A DNA stretch of 29,839 nt from a virus. Taxonomy: Duplodnaviria; Caudoviricetes. The notes under the pieces are model-generated. The model was given only the letters and a program-made list of their open reading frames with translations, ran no database searches and was not told the origin of the DNA. The translations under genes and the position numbers were made by a program. Location: positions 1 through 29,839 of the IMG/VR virus record IMGVR_UViG_3300032328_001191; one strand, 5' to 3'. Shown here in pieces: positions 27,272 to 29,839 of the stretch (position 1 is its first letter; each line of letters begins with the position of its first letter).

Positions 27272-27391
27272 TTACTTTTTTATAATCCCAGCCTTAACAA
27301 GAAACTTATTAGCAGATTTCTTATTCTTACAGGCTTTCTTTGTGACCTTTCTAATTGCTTTAACCATTTGGTCTATTTCTTTTTTTCTCAT
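27272..27391 (-). CDS. Small basic peptide (39 aa) between tRNA-Cys and tRNA-Trp
   Basis: MRKKEIDQMVKAIRKVTKKACKNKKSANKFLVKAGIIKK* fills the spacer exactly; below the ORF-track cutoff. Confidence 0.55.
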   Translation of the reverse strand: MRKKEIDQMVKAIRKVTKKACKNKKSANKFLVKAGIIKK

Positions 27392-27392
27392 G

Positions 27393-27464
27393 AGGTCAGT
27401 ACAGGAATCGAACCTGTGTAGATAGTTTTGCAGACTATCACCTAAACCACTCGGCCAACTGACC
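27393..27464 (-). tRNA. tRNA-Cys(GCA)
   Basis: GGTCAGT/ACTGACC with U73, ATAGT-CTGCAAA-ACTAT and ACAGG-TTCGATT-CCTGT. Confidence 0.93.
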
Positions 27465-27470
27465 TTTTTT

Positions 27471-27704
27471 CTAACGAACCATGTCGAAGTTGATGTTATT
27501 GTTTGACATCAGTTCACGAAGTTCTTCCCTTATTTCTTGATAAGCGTCGTACTTATCTTGTGGTAAATCATCAGATGCATATTTGGTTTTAGCTCTCAAA
27601 GATTGGTCTAATTCCCATAACACTGACCAAAATTTCATACCACTATTTGCTAAATCAAAATCTTGTTGGTCATCAGGTAAATTAAATTCAAGTATTGCTT
27701 TCAT
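27471..27704 (-). CDS. Hypothetical phage protein (77 aa)
   Basis: MKAILEFNLPDDQQDF... ORF with an A-rich leader, filling the gap in the tRNA cluster. Confidence 0.75.
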   Translation of the reverse strand: MKAILEFNLPDDQQDFDLANSGMKFWSVLWELDQSLRAKTKYASDDLPQDKYDAYQEIREELRELMSNNNINFDMVR

Positions 27705-27751
27705 ATTATTATCTTTTTATTTTACGAAGATACAACCAATATTTTAAAGAA

Positions 27752-27791
27752 CAAAAAAAAAACCCCAAACTTCATTTCTGTCGTTCAGGGT
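27752..27791 (-). terminator. Intrinsic terminator (candidate attenuator)
   Basis: Minus-strand ACCCTGAAC-gacagaaatgaa-GTTTGGGGT followed by about 9 T. Confidence 0.8.
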
Positions 27792-27819
27792 CTGTATATG
27801 AATATACATCAGGATTATT

Positions 27820-27912
27820 TTAGAATCTTCCGTCTGAACTACAAAGCATATTTTCGTACCAACAAATTTCTTGCTGATGACTAAAAACTATATGTTGGAT
27901 TGTTGTGTTCAT
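27820..27912 (-). CDS. Candidate leader peptide (30 aa)
   Basis: MNTTIQHIVFSHQQEICWYENMLCSSDGRF*, 6 nt downstream of a TATTTAT motif (27919-27925) and 28 nt upstream of the terminator stem. Confidence 0.6.
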   Translation of the reverse strand: MNTTIQHIVFSHQQEICWYENMLCSSDGRF

Positions 27913-27952
27913 GTTATTATAAATATATGTTACTTCTTTAAAATATCAATTG

Positions 27953-28033
27953 TACCCCAAGTCGGACTCGAACCGACACGACTTACGTCACGACATCCTA
28001 AGTGTCGCGTGGCTGCCATTACACCATCGGGGT
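27953..28033 (-). tRNA. tRNA-Leu(TAG)
   Basis: ACCCCGA/TTGGGGT, CGACA-CTTAGGA-TGTCG, long variable arm GAC-GTAA-GTC and GTCGG-TTCGAGT-CCGAC. Confidence 0.93.
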
Positions 28034-28035
28034 AT

Positions 28036-28127
28036 GAAGATTGAAGACACTCTTTAGAGAAATCACGTCTCTTTTTCCCCAAGCGAGGAATTAGTTTCAC
28101 CCACAAGAGCGAATTATATCAATCTTT
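28036..28127 (-). ncRNA. tRNA-like RNA without a canonical anticodon loop, with extended outer stem
   Basis: Outer stem AAGATTGA/TCAATCTT; 7-bp CGCTCTT/AAGAGTG; hairpins TTCCTC-GCTT-GGGGAA and AGAGA-CGTGATT-TCTCT. Confidence 0.55.
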
Positions 28128-28129
28128 CG

Positions 28130-28201
28130 TAGTCCCGTCAAGAATCGAACTTGAATTTGGAGATTAGAAGTCACCCGTTCTATCCGTTGAACTACAGGAC
28201 C
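28130..28201 (-). tRNA. tRNA-Arg(TCT)
   Basis: GGTCCTG/CGGGACT, loop CTTCTAA (one T-T mismatch in the stem) and TCAAG-TTCGATT-CTTGA. Confidence 0.92.
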
Positions 28202-28210
28202 AATACATTA

Positions 28211-28242
28211 CAAAGATAAGATAAAAAAATCTAATCAGCAAA
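28211..28242 (-). promoter_or_regulatory. Bacteroidota-type promoter of the tRNA cluster
   Basis: Minus-strand TTTG-N20-TATCTTTG ending 9 nt before tRNA-Arg. Confidence 0.7.
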
Positions 28243-28974
28243 TCTTTCTTCAAATAAAGTATCTGTAGAATTTTCTTCTGTATTATAGGTGTGATTAAGA
28301 GTTATTGTCATATCATTAAAATTGAATACAAATTCACCATCCGAACCCTCATTTATTTCCCACCCACCAAAATTATTTTCAAGTTGTCTATAACACCAAT
28401 CTTCAATGTCTGTAGGAACTCCGTCACCTGTTTCTTCAAAATTACTTTCGATAAACCCTGAGTCTCCAGAACCATTGTATTTTACGGTTAATACTCCATT
28501 ATTAGGTATTGTAAGGTCCTCTAAAACTCCATCTTTCTCCCACTCTTCAAATATATCTTTACCTTCGGAATCATCCCACTCCATAGAATTTCCCTCACCT
28601 CTCGCATAAAATGACCACCAATAATTGAATGCTATTTTTTGTTCTTTGGTATCGATATCAAAATCAAATCTTGACCAATTCATGTTATCCTCTTCGTTAT
28701 CATCAGGATTAAAAAAACCTTCCTCATCAACATAGTTTGCAATCTTTTCTAAAATGGGTATTAATCCACTTGGGATTTCTGCACTATAGTTATTGGCAAA
28801 ATGAGTTGTGAATTTCCAATCAATATCTTGGAAATCAAAATTCCATGGAGAGTCGACATCGATTTCGATACTACCATCTCTCATTCCTAACGAATTAAGA
28901 TAATTTGATACTTTTCTTAAATATTTTTTGTCTTCAGGTGTTAATACCTGTGTTGTATTAATTTGTTTTCTCAT
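28231..28974 (-). CDS. DUF6878-like acidic protein
   Basis: C-terminal motifs VKYNGSGDSGFIE and GGWEINEGSDGEFVF (family recognised from memory). Confidence 0.7.
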   Translation of the reverse strand: MRKQINTTQVLTPEDKKYLRKVSNYLNSLGMRDGSIEIDVDSPWNFDFQDIDWKFTTHFANNYSAEIPSGLIPILEKIANYVDEEGFFNPDDNEEDNMNWSRFDFDIDTKEQKIAFNYWWSFYARGEGNSMEWDDSEGKDIFEEWEKDGVLEDLTIPNNGVLTVKYNGSGDSGFIESNFEETGDGVPTDIEDWCYRQLENNFGGWEINEGSDGEFVFNFNDMTITLNHTYNTEENSTDTLFEERFAD

Positions 28975-28985
28975 ACTGATAAATA

Positions 28986-29333
28986 TTAGTCTTCTATTTT
29001 AAGTGTTCTGGTCATCCATTGAGGTCTTTGATTTGTTGTAATATTGTTAATCCATTCTTTTGCGGATGGAATATAGTTATTACAATCTTCTTTAACGTGT
29101 TGTTCCCCAACATATCTGGTATAAACTATTTTACCATCGCTATTAGTAAATTCAGTACCAAAACGTTTTTCCATTTCAAAAATACCTTCACTGTGGTGTC
29201 TAAACATCCTGTGTAAAGAATCTCCAAACCATCCTTTAGTTTCATCTAACCATTCATGTAGATGGGTATAATCTTCAGGTTTTCCACCAAATTTTTTGGC
29301 AGATGATTTTGCATGTATGTTAGGATGTGCCAT
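28986..29333 (-). CDS. DUF6915-like His-rich protein
   Basis: MAHPNIHAKSSAKKFGGKPEDY..LHEWLD...HRMFRHHSEGIF...EQHVKED (family recognised from memory). Confidence 0.75.
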   Translation of the reverse strand: MAHPNIHAKSSAKKFGGKPEDYTHLHEWLDETKGWFGDSLHRMFRHHSEGIFEMEKRFGTEFTNSDGKIVYTRYVGEQHVKEDCNNYIPSAKEWINNITTNQRPQWMTRTLKIED

Positions 29334-29838
29334 CTTTCCAAGAGTTTTTATTGTAATTAAAATATACGAAATCTTCTTCTAAATAAGAATAGACATAATC
29401 AGCCAAATCTTGGTCATAATATTTTCTGTAGTCATACCCTGAGAAGTGACCATTTTTTAAAATATTATTATTAATAATATCAAAAAGTTCATCAGAATTA
29501 TCTGTAAAAATTGGTATCTTTAAAATATCGGAATATAAATTTTCAAGTCTGATTATTAAATTTGGGACTTTAGTAATTTTGTTTTTCAAAAAAATTTGAT
29601 AGTTCAAAGTTTGAACTGGATATTTTATTTCTTCATATAACTTTTCTCGAATCCATTCATTAAAATTATTTGGAATTAAATTAAAATGTATACAAAAAAG
29701 ATAATATATTGAAATCAATCTAGTGTATGGATTCCTTGTATTAAAAATAAAAAAATAATCCTTTTTATCATCGGGAATGATTAAACCATGATTACCTGAA
29801 ACATCGAAATCAAAATACTTTTGAATTGGAATACAAAA
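29320..29838 (-). CDS. Sulfotransferase family 2-like protein (5' end beyond right edge)
   Basis: The frame stays open from the window edge: ...FIFNTRNPYTRLISIY...IIRLENLYSD...YRKYYD...DFVYFNY. Confidence 0.75.
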   Translation of the reverse strand, partial: FCIPIQKYFDFDVSGNHGLIIPDDKKDYFFIFNTRNPYTRLISIYYLFCIHFNLIPNNFNEWIREKLYEEIKYPVQTLNYQIFLKNKITKVPNLIIRLENLYSDILKIPIFTDNSDELFDIINNNILKNGHFSGYDYRKYYDQDLADYVYSYLEEDFVYFNYNKNSWKDGTS

Positions 29839-29839
29839 C

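Noticed and set aside
27195-27425. Plus-strand ORF across the tRNA genes
   Set aside because: Antisense to tRNA-Trp, tRNA-Cys and the basic mini-ORF.
27069-28127. Assigning the tRNA-spacer RNAs to hammerhead, T-box or HDV-like theta ribozymes
   Set aside because: No CUGANGA/GAAA core and no T-box UGGNACC. TCCTCGC and TCCACGC resemble an HDV L3 loop, but I could not build the P1/P1.1/P2 pseudoknot by eye. Left unassigned pending a model search.
1-29839. Alternative genetic code (stop-codon reassignment)
   Set aside because: Code 11 gives dense full-length genes, TAG and TGA terminate conserved proteins at expected ends, and no suppressor tRNA is present.

Overview
AT-rich segment of a large T4-like (jumbo) tailed phage genome, most likely infecting a Bacteroidota host. 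The host call rests on five TTTG-N19-20-TAnnTTTG-type promoters, a Flavobacterium-like bS21 and a tmRNA whose tag starts at GGC. Positions 1-12 kb hold the head module on the minus strand (acidic scaffold-like protein, prohead protease, portal, large terminase, several acidic or low-complexity proteins), with a ribosomal protein bS21 gene inserted antisense. Positions 12-26 kb are accessory: nucleotidyltransferase, KTSC protein, 2OG-Fe(II) hydroxylase, a divergent Hsp20 / N-terminally truncated ClpC pair, peptidases, tmRNA, YkgJ-type Cys-cluster protein, sulfotransferase-like and HAD proteins, PspC, M23 peptidase and nitroreductase. Positions 26.8-28.2 kb hold seven minus-strand tRNAs interleaved with unexplained structured RNAs. 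The most striking unannotated signal is a 30-codon leader ORF (27820-27912) with terminator/antiterminator geometry. It is rich in His, Gln, Ile, Cys and Trp codons and sits upstream of the tRNA-Cys, Trp, CAT(Ile2), Gln and His genes, making it a candidate translational attenuator of a phage tRNA operon. All calls come from reading the sequence; no searches or folding programs were run.
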